A stretch of DNA of 60,227 bases, counting the filler, from Hausera hauseri (taxonomy: Eukaryota): NCBI GenBank assembly GCA_046269625.1. It is 10 parts of 10 records of this genome, joined end to end, with 100 filler letters (N's around TTAATTAATTAA, not from the genome) between each part and the next. Parts side by side here need not be neighbours in the genome. Positions count along the whole stretch, not along the records: positions 33,469 to 37,620 come from JBJURY010732878.1; positions 37,721 to 41,972 come from JBJURY010675328.1; positions 42,073 to 49,588 come from JBJURY010009789.1; positions 49,689 to 55,338 come from JBJURY010213633.1; 6 more parts are not named here. One strand, 5' to 3'. Positions within the stretch are counted from its first letter, which is position 1. Every line of letters begins with the position of its first letter. Below the pieces are notes generated by a model, which saw only the letters and a program-made list of their open reading frames with translations, did not search any database and was not told the origin of the DNA. The translations under genes were made by a program, and so were the position numbers. Below, in pieces: positions 36,201-50,002 of this stretch.

Positions 36201-37817
36201 TCTAGAAAACAAAAAAACGACAATTGTTTTAACGAAATTAAAAAATCGAAACTAGCAATACCAAATTGAGCTGCCAAAAGTGTTGAGACCCGACTGTTTA
36301 GCTGGGTAATCCGGAGGACATGCGAAATATAAATAGGAAAAGAATGTATATGGTGTATATATAAAAGTGTGTGTGTGTGTGTGCATATATATGTACAGAA
36401 TGGAGTGTGCGATTGTTTTAATTATATGTATATTGTACACAAAATTTTATGTTATTATGTTAATTTGTGTGGAATGGAGTCTGTTTGAAAGAAATACATG
36501 TGCCTGAAATGTAAAAATGTGAAATAAAAAAGTAAACTGTGTTGTGACTGCTATAAATGAACAGCCCTGGTCGACACTTGGGGAACTGAAGGTGAAGGCA
36601 GCTACTATCGTTTATTCTATGCTAGTCTTGGTCTCATTCCACTATTTATTCCGTTTAATGTTCTCGTGTCTAAGTTTAGTCAACGGTTTTCGGAGTTTAA
36701 ACTCGAGTAGGAAGACGAAAAGAGAAAGATCATTCGAACAAAACTAATAAGACTTGAAAATTCCGCTTCCTTAAATCACGAAAATGCCTATCAAAAATAT
36801 TAAATATAATAAGCAAAGATATAAAAACATTGAAAGATTATTAATGTTCAATCATATAGTAGAATGAATTGCAAGAGAAGGAAAATATGTTACGATATTT
36901 TAAGTATCACAAGAGAGATATTAGAATACAAATATTTTGGCGAATGATTCGAATTCGGAATGACTATAGGAGTTCAATTTATAATAAAAACCCTTCAGTA
37001 AAGTCATTAAATGAATTTCGTACTTAGAAAATAATTTTGACAAATATCAGCATATTAGGGACTTCATCAAATGGGTAGAATTCACATAATACTGATATTT
37101 ACGTACAAAAGTTTGACTATAAATTTGCATAGAGGAATTATATCCGGTAAATTCTGACTGCCTGTTTATTTGTTCCCTGTCTCACTGAGTTTCTCACCCA
37201 GGGTGACGGCCCATTAATATAGGACAAATGATAAAATTGATTACAAAATTTATTATCTGGTGATCAGAAGAATAAAAGGAATCAATATAAATATTGAATT
37301 CCGACAGATTTAAATTTTAAGTTGAATTTTAAAAAAACAGAATACCATTTCTGGTTCAGTTTCTGCTTTATCAGAGGCCAAGAATAAAGAAAATGAAAAA
37401 CAATGCAAGCTCGTTCAATCGAGGTGACGATTTAATTGGTCTTAAATGACGAATTAAATCAAGAGGAAATTGTATCAAAACAGTGAAATACGAAATAATT
37501 TCTTGAACTCCGACATGCCCGATGAAATTGAAGTTGGAGACGTAATATTAAATGGACAAAATCCATGACTGAGTAAATTGAACCAGATCACTATGTCCGG
37601 TTAAGTCTGGTTCTTTTAATNNNNNNNNNNNNNNNNNNNNNNNNNNNNNNNNNNNNNNNNNNNNTTAATTAATTAANNNNNNNNNNNNNNNNNNNNNNNN
37701 NNNNNNNNNNNNNNNNNNNNAGGGATATGTAGGATTATATTATCTCATTTTCAAATTCTCCATTCCGTTGCAAGTATTAAGAAGCGACATCTATCGATCA
37801 TAATTACCTTTGTATAG

Positions 37818-40145
37818 GTATCTGGTTCGTATGTTCATGACTCTACTCATGGATCTCATCATTTCGGAAAGTCCTGTTGTCAAGACTGACCAGGAAAAAG
37901 CTGAAGAAATAAGTAATTTTGAACTAGTTTCTGTAGTTCTCCGACTGATCCTACATCTTCTAATGTATGAAAATCTATCAGTTGTAAGCATGACCAATCG
38001 GGATGACAACAACTCGACGTCTGCAGATTGTAAATTTCCCTCAGTATCACAACAGTCACTTAGTGAACATTCCGTTGCATATCTAGTACTAAACCTCGTT
38101 CACGGGAAACAACTGCTTTCGTTTTGTTTACTCAATTTGGAGAGACTGTTAATGCACTGGAAAGCAACCGACAAGACTAAGTCACGAGAAACTGATGTTG
38201 GTAGAATGTCACTCAAGGGTGGACGACGCATCAGTGTGGATCACATAGCACAGTCATGTCCATGGGTTCCAGTTGCCGATGTGTACGTTCCCCAGGATTT
38301 GCCTATGGATGTGACGGAAGTGCTTTTGCGATTACCGTACGCCGTGCTGAAGTTGTGCAGGAACATCAGTAAAGGTACATCATCTTTGAAATGTCATCAT
38401 TTTTGATATGTTATCAGTGAGGAAATCTTCGACCGATGGAGCGCAATTTTTTACAGAATTGACCAACTGTATACAAAAGGAGACCAAATGGCATGCTGTA
38501 TTGTGCGAGTTTATTGAGACGTCAGTCAGTGAACCGGTTACCAAGGCTAGTAAAATGGTAAATGTCATGACTCATTGTTAACATTTTCATTCATTCGCCA
38601 TCTTCAGTTACTTAACGCCGTAGTTGGTGCCAAACACTATCGTACAATTCGTGACATTCACATGATCGGCGGTTCTGTCAACAAGATAAAGGCATTGTTG
38701 GGACAACCAGCAGACGTAACGAGCACATCGCACGTACGATTACCGCATCACGAAGTCGTTCGTCTGTTGGATCTCATAAACAGTTGTCTGACAAAGGCTC
38801 GTGAGCGTCCTGATAATTGGAAAGTGTATTGCATTAAATGTCCCGATGTATTGCCATTTCTCTTTGCTCATTGTGTTTCGGCCAATAGGCTCGTTGCAAT
38901 CAAACTACTGTACTTACTTCAATTGGCCGTTCTTGAGCCTGATCAATCAACGAAAACTGTACGTAAAGACCGACCAGCTACAAATGTCACCGAGTGTAAA
39001 ACCGAGACCGAATCGGGTAAGTTAGGGTCGCAGTCGAGCAGACAAGAAGTGAAAATGTGCCGTGCGTTGTCGAGCAAAATTGACGATGACATGTTACTAC
39101 AGTTCCTGAGAATATATCTGTGTGAACACGAGGAAGAAGTTGTTCGATGGCTGGCAGAAGCAGTGTTGGCTAATCTGTATAACCACGGCAAACCTCAGTT
39201 TAGAGTGCGTATGATCACAGCGATGACAAATGTCTGGTCTCACTGGCGAATCTCGTCACAGACCGCTGATTTTATGGGTCACTTGATTGCTAAACATACA
39301 GGCTGGGCTGACCTTTCTCGGTTTTTGGAGACACTTATCAATGGATTGTTACAGACTTGCCAGCAATTTTTGTCCCATCCCAATACACCGTTTTACAGTT
39401 TCTTCCAGAGATTCGTCAGACTATCATCGTGTTTCTTAGAAACGGAACCATGCCCATCATGTGTAGCTATGTCACCGACCGTTGAAATGCGAACATATCG
39501 TTGGGATAGTGAACCCACGGACAACAGGCGAAATCAAGCTCGTGCTGCCACTATCACTGGCATGGGACTTCATACTACAGCTAATACGGTTACTTCGGTT
39601 GCATCTGGACTACCGACAGGAACGTCTGGTGTTCCGTCGGACTATTTGGCACCAAATGTAAGAGCAAGTCCTACAGTGCACGTTTTTAATCTCCGAGCAC
39701 CTTATTCTATCCAATCGGTAACAGTGAAATTCAGTAGCACACGTCGACAGCGACCGCAATGTCACATAAATATGTATTACAGTGATATTAGCACTGTACC
39801 TACCACACAGATGCTTGAACAATCCCATCTCTGGCGGCGCATCCGATCTGTATCCGTATCCAGGGATAACGCCGAAGTGCGAGTCGATTTTCCAGTCTTA
39901 CTGACCGCCGTTTATCTAATATTTGAGTACGATTGTCTATCTGGTGCCGCGGCCGGCACGGAGACTGTGAAATGTCCTCGTTGTCACAGTTCCAGTATTC
40001 AGGGTAATGTTTGTCTCAATTGCAGAGACAACATAAATCAATGCTTTCGATGTCGTGCAATAAACTACGCTGGTATAGATTCGTTTATTTGTGCCAACTG
40101 CAGTAGCTGTCGTTACGGGAAAATAGACTTTTCCATGGTAGCCAG
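37818..40145 (+). CDS. UBR4: UBR4/p600/pushover E3 ligase, three internal exons (37818-38374, 38418-38557, 38608-40145)
   Basis: TEVLLRLPY, WHAVLCEF..KHYRTIRDIH, FLSHPNTPFY..CFLETEPCPSC, CPRC..VCLNCRDNINQCFRCRAINY..FICANCSSCRYGKIDF; GT-AG introns of 43 and 50 bp restore the frame. Confidence 0.9.
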
Positions 40146-40195
40146 GTATGGTTTCTCAATTATTTTGCTAGATGAAATGTTGCTTGCAAAGAATA

Positions 40196-40729
40196 GCACC
40201 TAATTTCTAGTCAGGTTTTTACAAGTTTTACAGGTTCTACCGGTGCAAAAGATTATGATGATTAATAATATGAAAAAATGTTTGCAAACAAATCTAAGAT
40301 TATGTAATATTGGCTTCTAAATATTACGTTTGACACTTTTTCAATTTTCCCTAGCATGCAGAGAAGGTTTGAAATTTCATAAAATTTTTTGCTTCTTTTT
40401 CAACCAATATTTTACTAAGGTTGAATTTCCAGTTTGTCGTTTTTGTTATGAGCAAAATATTAAACGGTTATTCAATAGGTCGACAAACCATCACGAAAAC
40501 ACAATTAGTCAAATATTAATGGTCGAAAAAGTAGCAAAAATTTTGTTAATTCACAAAATTCTTCTGTATGTTAGGGAGAAAATTGAAGAAGTAAGAAATG
40601 ACATATAATCAACAAACACAGCAAAATCTTAGTTTTGTTTGCAAAGGTTTTTCATATTATTAATCATCATAAAATTTTGTACTTGTATAACCTGTAGAAC
40701 TTGTAAAACTCCGACTAGCATTAAGGTGC
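40196..40729. mobile_element. Intronic MITE/foldback with ~110-bp imperfect TIRs
   Basis: 40196-40305 is the reverse complement of ~40620-40729 (ttatgatgattaataatatgaaaaa / tttttcatattattaatcatcataa). Confidence 0.8.
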
Positions 40730-42072
40730 GTTTCCTTGTTAGTTTAATAACGTAACATGAGACAAATAAATACCCTTTGACAACTTAAACTTTTATCTTT
40801 ATCAACGATGACAGGAAATACATTAGAAATTTCAATATTTTATTTTTGCATTTTTTGTTTCATATTCACACATTTTGAATTCATATTCTTTCAATTTAAA
40901 ATGTCTGGTAAAAAGTGTTCGATAGAGCCGACACTCGCTAACGAGAGTATGGTTTTTAATATTCTACCGATTCTCCTTAGAAATAAAATGTGCACTTACT
41001 ATTCGGTCGTAATCAGGTAATTCTTTTTGATTTCTCCAAAAACAGCAACAGTATAAAATGGCAACAAATTACAAAACAAGTATTTCGGTAGAAATGTTGT
41101 ACAATCCTTAAAATGTCCATAAAACATTTTAATGGGATAAATAATGTGTAAGTACATAAATGGCTGTTGAAATTAATTGCACCACCCTGGAGTTTATTTC
41201 TGTTGAATTTTAAGTAGTATGTTTCCAAAAAATATATTTAATGTCTATCACAACTAGAAATATTTAAACATTAAATATTCCATACAGTTTAAATCAACAC
41301 ATGTATTTTTGTTAATTTACCTGCAATTCTATTATTGTTAACATCAATTTTCAACAAAAAAGTTTTTAGGGTAAGACCACATTAAGTCAAAGTTTTCTCT
41401 GGGTACTGTAAACCCTCAAAAGTTACTACTTGATGCACTACACTTCAAGGGTTACATTCAAATATTGACAAAGCTTCAGTCCAGCTTCCTTAATGTCAGC
41501 ATTTTACTCTCATGTGTTTAGGTGGTCGGTCTAAATTGTCGTTCAACTACGATAGTTAAAAATTTGAATTCTGGAACAAATCCCTAACCCCATCCCTTAA
41601 TTAAATTGTTGCGTTAAAACAAGTTATTTTGGCAATTGTGTGAATCGGATTTGATAAATATTACTTATCCACCTATTGGGTGAATTTGTACTTATTTATT
41701 TTCCCCGATTGGGTGAATTTGTATTTATTCCTTAACCCGCGTCACATGAGGTCATTTATTATCACAGTTTTTGCAGATAATATATGAACAAAAGTAAAAA
41801 TGCGTTATAAGAAAATGAAATGGATTTTAATGAGTTGGTTCAGTAGCTCTCATCGAAGTTATGATTATCCTAGTAGGAAATATCAACCAGAAAATCTAGC
41901 AAGTATGTCTTTGAATGCATATGAGTATACCAAATACCCCAGAGAAGCATGTAGGAATTATTTTTATGTGGANNNNNNNNNNNNNNNNNNNNNNNNNNNN
42001 NNNNNNNNNNNNNNNNTTAATTAATTAANNNNNNNNNNNNNNNNNNNNNNNNNNNNNNNNNNNNNNNNNNNN

Positions 42073-43083
42073 TGAAGTGGGCGCATTATTCGCCACTCTG
42101 ATTGGTACGCGGCCTGTTGATACTCTTGTCAAAACATTGCTGAGTACAATGTTTGAATTAAGCGATTCTTTCGGTTCGAAATATACTGCCTCGTCGTCAT
42201 CTTGACGTATTTTGGGCACATATGAGTACTTCAGTTCTGAATGGTATGTTTTCATCTACTGGAATCCACACTTCTCCGAACTTTCTATTTTTGGTGGTTT
42301 TAACCCCTTTTATTGGACCAAGTTTTATCAACTTGCCTTCATTGAAATCGATTGCTATATTGGGTAGTTGTCTCAGTAAGTCACATGCTAACACTACATC
42401 ATCCGTTAATTGATCCATTGCTGAGAATTCATGATGGAAAGAATGTCCTATTATGTGAATTTCCGGTTTCCAACGGAATTTACGTTTCGATGATTGTCCG
42501 AAGACTCCGACGCTTCCTAAATCCGTTGTGGGAGGCGGATACAATTTTTTCCGTAAGAATTGTGGTATTGAATCATATTTTATCAGTGATGTTTCAGATC
42601 CTGTGTGTATTAGCGCATATACTTCCCAGTCTTCCAATTGAATTTTTGCAAATGGCTTTCTTCAATTATCGTACCGTAATAATTTGGTGCTATCGGAGGG
42701 TGTTGGATCGCGGACACTTTGCAACAGTTAATGGTAACCTCGGTAGTTCTACCTGGCTAGTCGATTAACTGTCTCAGTTTTCCCATTAGGTAAAATTCAT
42801 TATTCGCACCATTCGTGTTTTCTATTACTTGGTTTCTAACTGGCGGATGAACATCTTGGTTCTGGAGATTGTGTGTCTGACGGCTTGTGGCAAATATTGA
42901 CTGAGTTTCGTTTGGTCTAGGTACTCTAGGTGAATAGATTATACCGTGATCGTCGACCGCTGAGCGACAATGTGGGATAGACGGTTTTCCTACCTTACGC
43001 AGCACTCCAGAGTGCTTTGTTCCTTCGTAACGATCCTCTAGACTGAACGGCTTCCGATAAATTTCTGTCTGATACAAACTCAT
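42073..43083 (-). pseudogene. pol N-terminus/protease, copy B
   Basis: MSLYQTEIYRKPFSLED, VYALIHTGSETSL, DVVLACDLL; homolog of 24616-25640. Confidence 0.9.
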
Positions 43084-43086
43084 AGA

Positions 43087-45200
43087 TTACTTTTTACAAT
43101 CTTTATATACAGGTGCCGTCGGCGTCAGTATTGGTAATGGTAATTTCACAACAGATTAATTTCTATGTCTGTTCGACTTAGGTATAGCGTCTCCTCCATT
43201 AGGCTCGCCATTGTCTGAGTTATTTCTTCGTATCTTATTAATTATAAAATTTCGCTTGAATAGGTACTTTCTTTTACCGATTTTGATTTTGATAGCTTAC
43301 GTGCGTTCTACCTCAGTTTTCCATCTACTTTCGTCGTATGACTTTAAAAATTTGCCGAAGGGCGTGACAATAGCCGTCAAAATTTTGCACGAAAATCCTG
43401 TCAAGGTGAATATCTCGTATCCATTTATGATTGCTTGAATTATAGCTTTTATCAGTTGAATTAACAAGTATATCATTAGAAATCCTGACGCAGCTTGTCC
43501 AAATATCAGGAATCTTCCCCAGATTTTATATAATATTTCCGTACTTATTTTTTTATAATAGCCAGCACCAAGTAATTATTCCCATTTCGCTTGGTAGCGC
43601 GAATCCTCTAATATTATATGCATTGTTCAATTCAGTTCGTGCGTACGTTGACGAAAAAAGGCGAGAAATTGTCTGAACGCCTCTACTTCTTTTGGTCGGT
43701 AACTATCCTTCGAGGCCGTATCTAGAAATTTATCATCGGTTATTCCTTTTATTAAGTTTGTCCCTGTCGATTTGGTAGGCGGCGCGATTATGCCACCGTT
43801 TGGCAAACTTACCCCGTCAGTTTCGCTACGTCTAAACATTGGTTTGTCCAGGCTGGTCTTGCAATTTCTCAAGATTGTTGGTTGGGTAGAATTTGCCAAC
43901 AATACTCGGGTAATCGGCGATACTAATCTTGGTACCTCCTGGTACATCACGGGAAGTTCTTGTATACACCTTTTCTCCTCCACATTAATAGGTACGTCTT
44001 TCTTATCACACTAATATGTCAGTAAGACCTCTCCGGTTACCCGTGAAAAACACTTTCCTTTATTGGAATTATTGGTGATGCCTACTCGGGATTGACATAT
44101 ATTACGGCCAGCGTAGTTCTCATGACTTCCAAATCCAACTTGCAGTCATATGTTATCATTTTGTGATATAGCTCGGCTATTCCTGCTTGTCCCTTATAGT
44201 AGAAATAGTCGTGTCTGTTTTTCAGGTAATCTTCGATCCCAATATCCTGAGTCTCGAGCTTGAACGTCCTGGCGTTTATTTCCGTTTTAACTACGAAAAA
44301 TGCTTCATAGTTGGTGGCGCACATTATAACATCACATCTTGTGAGTACATCTTTCTTCAACAACTTCAGTCTGTGGGTATCAGAGATCAGTATCGTAGGT
44401 ATTGACTGTTCAGCTACATCTTCTCGTGTTTAGAGTTAGTTTCTGTGCTACTTATGTACCGTTTCCCCATTGTCTCATTAAATTTAAGCTCCTTAATTCT
44501 AATAAAGTTTCAATCGGCCTTAGTCGGAGGTTCCCAAATTAATACGGAACTTCGGAATGGGCATGTGCCATCCTGAATGTGGCACTTATGGTTCTCGGTG
44601 TACAGTTTAGTAACCTTATGGAACATCACCTTCTGTATGCGTATTTCAGTTTTATAAAAGTCTACTACTACGATGTTCGACTCTAATCATTTTCATGTAT
44701 CGTATTCTGCACCATAACAATGCGCGGTGCGCATGTTTAGTCTTCTTGCTGGTACTTTATGTACTCTGATTATTTTCCCTCGCTGAATTTCTAGTTTTAT
44801 GCCATCCCATTTTATTCTCGCCGTCTCTCTAGCTTGCTTACAATGCTAAAGTTCTAAATTCATCGGAATTGGTGGGGTCATTGGCTTTATTATTTATGAG
44901 TGTCCATGTACCAGTTCACAATGGAAGATGTTGCGAAATCGTCGCAACTTACATTCTACTCTATCCTATGTAATTAGTTCGCGTTGTTGACATAGTACGT
45001 AACTTTTCTCTTTTTTTCTAATTTGTGTGGTCTCGCGTCTTCGCACATTTCTATGTCCATTAATGAATGTTTTTGGCCAAGTCTAAATTTGCCACAATCA
45101 TGTACTGTGAATGCACCCATTTGTCTTATTAACATTATCACGATCAAAAAGTTGATTAGCCAATTTGACTCACTTCCTCTGCGATTTCCGTTTACGTTTC
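43087..45200 (-). pseudogene. env: Chuvirus-like glycoprotein, copy B
   Basis: WLINFLIVIMLIRQMGAFTVHDC, ATNYEAFFV, RCIQELPV, SPITRVLL; ends ILTPTAPVYKDCKK*. Confidence 0.85.
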
Positions 45201-48200
45201 GCTGCAGATCTTCGAATGTATTGTTACCTAAGAAGAATCTACTCTGACATACTTCTTCTTCCTCGAATAACTTCCCGAGGTAGGTTCCTGGCAGCCTTTC
45301 TTGCCAAGCTAGCATCCTTGTTGAATTCATTTTCTGGGTTTGTGTTAGTTTTGACGGCCTGATATAACAACACTTTTCTTAATTCTTCTATGGTATTTTT
45401 CGCCATAATTATCTTAATCACCACTTTATCGCCATTACATGGCCTTTGCGACCTTCGCTTTCTCATCCAATATATCACCGCCGAGACTAGAGTGGTTTAC
45501 TATTTGTATCAAATTTTTCATAAGTTCGTTCAGTTCCTCATTATCCGTACTGAAGCTTGGTATAGATATTTGCCTCAACTCTTTGATTAGGTCTCCATTA
45601 TAGTCGATTTCTTCTCATGTCTTCCGTGGTCTACCAACAGGACGCTTCTGTTTTGTTACTGCAGGTACACTGCCGTTAATGGGTATCAAATTTTTATCGC
45701 ATTGCTCCTTATCTTCATCTTTCTTCAGGTACTCGAAATATACTGCTGCATCTCGGACTCCTATTACTCGACCTACCCGCTGCTCTGCTTTAACCTTCCT
45801 TATAGCCTTCTCCTTTGTTTCGTCGATATTAATGGTTACCACTACCCGATTTGCTTTACCTGGAATAATACCGACTTCTATTAATAGTTCCTATTCATTT
45901 AGTATCCTTCCTCTAAAATAAAGTCTATAGATCGGCTCATGGGCGTATCCATTGTTCTTTATCCACAATAATACATCCCTTACAAGGGAGCGCCTCGTGA
46001 ACTCTTGTTCCTTCTCGTCCATTCAGTCAAAAGCTATCTTTACTGGGACCATCCCTCTGCCTTTGCCTTTAAGATTTTATTACATTCTTTAAGTAAAAGC
46101 TTAGGTACCGTACTAAAAATCGTACCTTTGTTAGCTAATTTAGTTAGAGTGGAGACCAACTGTATTAATTGGATTTTAGTGAGGTTTACTTCAATGAACT
46201 GAATTAAATCTTTCTCGGTTTGTACTGGATCCAAAAGAATTCCCACGTTAAATCTTTGGTCCCAACAATATACCTCCATTTCACCCAATCGTATGGGAGT
46301 TTTCGGGTTTCCAGCAATTATTGCGTCTAAATATGCCTCCCAATCTGGTTCGTTTTTATCGTTCGGCAGTTGGTAGTCCGTTGACGGTGTATCGGTTGGT
46401 CCACTCGCACCTGCAATCTTTATGGTTTTTCTGAGTTTCTGTAGCTTCTGTTGCAATTGGACCATTTTCGTCGTTCGGAAACAGTTCCCATTAGCAGAAA
46501 ATTGGTGTAACAGTGTTAACATCGAACATAATTCTTCAGCCGAAATCAGTCCTACTCTTGAGAGCTTGTTAGTTCTGAAGTGACAATTCTTTTCCACCTT
46601 TGCACGAACTGCGACTTGTCAGCCCTTTCTGCTTCTGTAAGGGCGTATTTGTTTTTATAGACTTCGAGTTCTCTAGCTAGTTCGTCTAATCTCATCGCTC
46701 TTTTTTGGTCTTAATGCAAGTCACTTCGACCTGCTGTATCTGCTACAACAAATGTCTTAATTTTGCATCACTGACTTCTGCCATTTTCGCCATCAATAGC
46801 AATAATTCATACATCGCGTTAAGACTGTTTGAATCTGGATCTATTGCTTCTAATCATTTTTTACAAATTTTATCTCTTCGAAGCTAAGGTGGTGATCATT
46901 CTTTATTTTAATTAGTTCACTATGATGCCTTTGATCCGTTCCATCCCTCCATTCCTGTGGACGATGTAAGAACTTCACCGCTTCTTCAACGATTGACCTA
47001 TATTTGGGACAAAAGTCCAAAGTTTTAAGAAGTCGAATCGAGATTTTCTTGATAGGCTTGGCGGGAAAATGTCGGATTCCTTTCAGGCGGATATCTCTCA
47101 ATCTCGGATAGAAGTCCTAAGTCGCATTCCGTTTCCGCGTAAAGTTTGTTTCTTCAATCATCTTATACAGATCATCTAGTATCATCATTTCTTGTTTCTT
47201 TTCCAAAAAGTCCAATTGACGTAGTGCCTCAAATTGGGTTCGGATGTCGATTTCTGCTCTCACCGTATCTAGATTTCGGCCGTCTTCTTTCAGTTGCTTT
47301 TTCACTGTATGTGCGCTCTCCGGAAATTCCTTTTTTCGATTGGCTACTAATTAATCAACCTTGTTATTACTTCGGATCATTCTTTCAACTGATTCGTGAT
47401 TTCTGGTTTTGCCAGTATTGCTTTGTCTAACATTCTGTCAGCGTCTTCTAGTTCATTATTTGGACCTTTAGTAATATCGATGACCCGATGGGCGTAGTCG
47501 AATTCCTCTTTATATTCGTCGAATTCAAAAATACAAGCCATAATTATTTTTTGTATTTCGTCATAGTTTGTGAACATAATTCTATTCCTTAGACCGTATA
47601 TTTGCGACCTTTTTTCGGTTTTAATCTTGATCCGATTTTCTAGACTCGTATATTGTTATTATGACGTACAAGCGACTTTTTTCATTACCAATAAGGGTGG
47701 AATATCTAATGAGTTTATGCGCAACGTCTCTAGGTTACTTCCATCTCGTTCCTTGACCGGTTTTCTTCTAAGTCGTTCGACTATTGCAAATGTAATTTCG
47801 TTCATGACACGTTCCAAATTACGTACTACTCTAATTTCGGATTGGCTTCTAATGTAGTTAATAGTGACTGAGCTTAGTTGATTCTATCTTCGACGCTTTG
47901 GGTCGTTTTATCCCACGCTTCTGGGATTCTCATCTCACTTTTTATCCAGGCTGCCAGTTGGTGTTTCCATTTGACTAGTGTTACTTTTGTCACTTCCTCC
48001 GGTGGATCTAAGTTTACATCTTCGCTTAGTTTCTCTTCACTATATAATTTCATCTTTTTATATAACCTCTCTACAAACTGTTGTTCCTTGCCAGAAATAT
48101 CCACTTGATCACTTATTGTTTTGAGTTTCTCGAGATTCACTTGCACGACCTCTGTGTTGAGACAATTTATTTTCATCCTTTTTAATTCGTCGGCATTTTT

Positions 48201-49252
48201 CCACGAGTGTCTGATTTTCCACTATTTAGGATCAAGTTTCTCCTCCTGTCCTGTTTCCTCTTCGCAAGTAGGTAAAGGACATATATCATTTATTTCATAT
48301 ACAGATTTCGTTAGCTCGTCCATCTCGCCAGGCGTAACAACTTTAATTTCTGGAGTGTCTGAAGCGAATTCTATGTCGTTTTCCAATGCGATTTCAGTCT
48401 CTCTCCTTGTCTCTGATTTCTCCTTAATTATTGGGAATCTCAAAAGATCCTTACGTTTCCGTCTCAATGATGGGTTATGTCCTCTATTCTTGGTAATTAT
48501 GAGTATTAGGGGTTCCAAAAATTCTTTTTCTTCGTCGATCTCTACCTTTTTGCTTACCTTTTTCACCATGTGTTCTGGTTCCACATCTGAATCTACTTCA
48601 TCCAAGGTCTCGAGTTTTCCTGTTTCGTCTAACTCTTTGCTTGTCGTAGGAATATTCTTTTTTCGTGACACATCCGTAAGGCTTGGTGGAGCGATGGAGT
48701 GTTCATATTCCGTTTCCGGTTCACGCAAGCCATGGTAAACTTCCAATAATCGTAATTTGTGTTCATACTCGTTTCTGGCCACTAAAACTTTAGGGTCTTT
48801 AACATTGGGTTAGGCCTTTAAAAACGTTGCAAGTCTTGTATCTAAATGATCATACCTGTGCATTTACAGAAACCATAAATGGCTTCTAAGTTTTCGTTTT
48901 AAATTACATTAGTTTTGGTAGGTTCCACAAACGAGACACTTCGCGGGTTTGGACAGGATCTCGCTGTGTGTTGGGCGCGAGTCCGGCGCATTCTGCGCGT
49001 AACTTTTAGGTTCTCATAAATTCGTTGAGTCTGTCCTGGTCTCCGTCATATGCTGGTAAATTCAGAGTCAAATGTAAAAATGTCCAACTTTTGCGCTACT
49101 GCTTGATTCTCAACCATGTTTTCAACGTTTATAAGATTTTGCTTAATTGCTTTACAAGTTCTAATGCTTTTATCAGGAACTTTAACTTCAATAGGCTGTC
49201 CAATAGATTCAGCGTTAGTTAAATTCGTTTCGGATAACGTACGTCTGATCAA
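45201..49252 (-). pseudogene. Long fragmented ORF1 (gag-like, helical), copy B
   Basis: Nine same-strand ORF fragments tile the interval between PBS and env; weak capsid-like segment (..T*DFYPRLRDIR). Gag identity inferred mainly from position. Confidence 0.6.
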
Positions 49253-49520
49253 TGTCTTATCTTGTCTATATACTTTATTACGTGTTTCGCGAAAATTTAT
49301 ATTCTGCTTACCGTTTAGAATAAAATTTAAACTATCGACAGACCCATGTCTATCAATATTCGTTCTTGATTCAATAGTATGTCGTTATAATACTCAAGGT
49401 TTTCTTTATATCCCAAATTTTAGTCTCACAAAAATCTACAATCAATTATTTGATGTGTTAGCGCTAATCGCTAATGTGTCGTTACTTTTCACTAAAAGTC
49501 AAGTCTAGCAAGTGCAAACT

Positions 49521-49538
49521 GTCCTGCTAGGGTTGCCA
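49521..49538 (-). promoter_or_regulatory. Primer binding site TGGCAACCCTAGCAGGAC
   Basis: Begins TGG, complementary to a tRNA-like 3' end (GTCCTGCTAGGGTTGCCA), directly after LTR-matching sequence; tRNA identity (Arg-like?) uncertain. Confidence 0.75.
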
Positions 49539-49688
49539 AATTTTAGTAGTTGAAGGTAAGTCCTATTCAACACCCAACTACAACAATANNNNNNNNNNNN
49601 NNNNNNNNNNNNNNNNNNNNNNNNNNNNNNNNTTAATTAATTAANNNNNNNNNNNNNNNNNNNNNNNNNNNNNNNNNNNNNNNNNNNN

Positions 49689-49966
49689 ACTGAGGCGTGA
49701 ATGTTATTGATTGGATTTGGTCAATGATAATTCCGAATTGGTTTGCAACAACCCATAATACGACACTTGCCCGATTGAAATATGATGCACTTAAAATCCG
49801 GTTGACACCTGAGGACATACTGCCTCGGATTCCATTGAATAAAAGGTAGTGTGTTAATGTCACACCACTTGCTAAGATGTCCGCGATAGTTGATATTAGC
49901 TAACATTATGGAAACAGTGTTTATATTATAGCTGTTTATATGCGTGCGTAACACGCATATAAACAA
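49689..49966 (-). CDS. TBP-like ORF (partial), divergent from Polinton ATPase
   Basis: LANINYRGHL..DINTL..WNPRQYVLRCQPDFKCIIFQSGKCRIMGC resembles the TBP repeat (NIV..L..L..YNP.RF..R..P...LIF.SGK...TG); IQSITFT in the adjacent frame resembles the start of repeat 2. Confidence 0.6.
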
Positions 49967-50002
49967 ATCATGTAATGAGGAAAGGTTGTATTACTATTAT
50001 TA

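Larger units (their letters stand above)
42073..49588 (-). mobile_element. Copy B of the chuvirus-env Gypsy-type element: 5' LTR end, PBS, long ORF1 (gag-like), env, protease
   Basis: Colinear with 21587-25640; extends ~3.5 kb further 5' to a PBS. Confidence 0.92.

Noticed and set aside
33469-37620. Short ORFs and a faint integrase-tail-like stretch (~37480-37590) in the AT-rich contig
   Set aside because: No recognisable motifs or coding bias; treated as non-coding apart from a short (GT)n.
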